Source: a virus
Length of the DNA stretch: 42,281 nt
Virus record (IMG/VR): IMGVR_UViG_3300030122_000023
Strand: one strand, 5' to 3'
The position numbers and the translations under genes were made by a program. Shown here piece after piece: positions 41,917 through 42,281 of the stretch. A model generated the notes under the pieces. That model had not been told where the DNA came from. It saw nothing but the letters and a program-made list of their open reading frames with translations, and made no database searches. The first letter of the stretch is position 1, and every line of letters begins with the position of its first letter.

Positions 41917-42186
41917 TTATTCCTCCTTCTTTTCAATATACTGCTTAAATAACTGGTGCAGTCCTGTGCTTGCCAGACCGCTGAATAATCCACTTAATAA
42001 AATAGGTGCTGTAACTGTCCATCTGTTAATCCAAATGGCTAAAAGCACACCTAATACCGCACAAATGGTAGGGATGTATTTATTATCAACATCCTTGATC
42101 CACTTCTTTACGACATAGCCTACACAAAGGCAAATGCCTACGATCACAGGCACCATAAATTCTGTTAAAAATCCCAAATCTGTCAT
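41917..42186 (-). CDS. Holin (phi LC3/Phage_holin_1-like, 2-3 TM segments)
   Basis: 89 aa with TM segments and a charged C-terminus KQYIEKKEE, directly upstream of the endolysin. Confidence 0.75.
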   Translation of the reverse strand: MTDLGFLTEFMVPVIVGICLCVGYVVKKWIKDVDNKYIPTICAVLGVLLAIWINRWTVTAPILLSGLFSGLASTGLHQLFKQYIEKKEE

Positions 42187-42281
42187 GTTTAAATCCTCTC
42201 TTTCTGCTTCAAATGAAGCTCTTCAATTTCGTGTTTCATCTTTGTGACCATTCCATTGCCGCCCAACGCATGATAGGCATT
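42155..42281. repeat. Second copy of the 127-bp terminal repeat
   Basis: Identical to 1..127. Confidence 0.95.

Overview
The window is a complete temperate, siphovirus-type dsDNA phage genome, or an excised prophage. The host is probably a low-GC Gram-positive bacterium: the sequence has a Cheo-type LexA box, a SPOR-domain amidase and YopX, GerE-like and DUF1351/ERF genes. Positions 1..127 are identical to 42155..42281, so the unique circular length is 42,154 bp. About 65 genes run on the minus strand in this order:
- an early/replication module (38.3 to 23.5 kb): switch region, DUF1351, ERF annealase, Rha, RusA, replisome organiser with internal iterons, DnaC-like loader, PLD-like protein, YopX, Lar-like protein, PAPS-reductase-like protein, C5-methyltransferase and HNH
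- a small HTH-led operon (23.0 to 21.2 kb)
- packaging and head genes (21.1 to 15.8 kb): fused TerS-TerL, SPP1-like portal and minor capsid proteins
- a transcriptionally autonomous cargo block (15.7 to 12.2 kb)
- a tRNA, then scaffold, major capsid, connectors, major tail protein, chaperones, tape measure, baseplate and tail fibre (11.9 to 0.8 kb)
- the lysis cassette, which spans the circular junction (349..35 and 42186..41187)

The lysogeny module is on the plus strand (38412..41094): an XRE-type repressor, a Zn-ribbon membrane protein and a large serine integrase.

The main leads are:
1. A Mu-G-segment-like invertible tail-fibre switch. A perfect 16-bp in-frame inverted repeat flanks two convergent alternative C-terminal cassettes.
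2. A start-less 55-codon HeH-like extension in the -1 frame of the major capsid gene, with a G5 slip site and a downstream hairpin.
3. A GerE-like regulator plus an operon of Cys/Gly/Gln/Tyr-rich proteins inserted into the head module.
4. A consensus promoter with a Cheo (LexA) box in its spacer, driving a 33-aa ORF beside a repressor that lacks a peptidase domain.
5. An orphan promoter reading into an array of at least 9 direct ATGCGTG repeats.
6. A C5-methyltransferase with six tandem internal repeats next to a PAPS-reductase-like gene and a Lar-like gene.

All family names come from motif recognition by eye; no database search was run.
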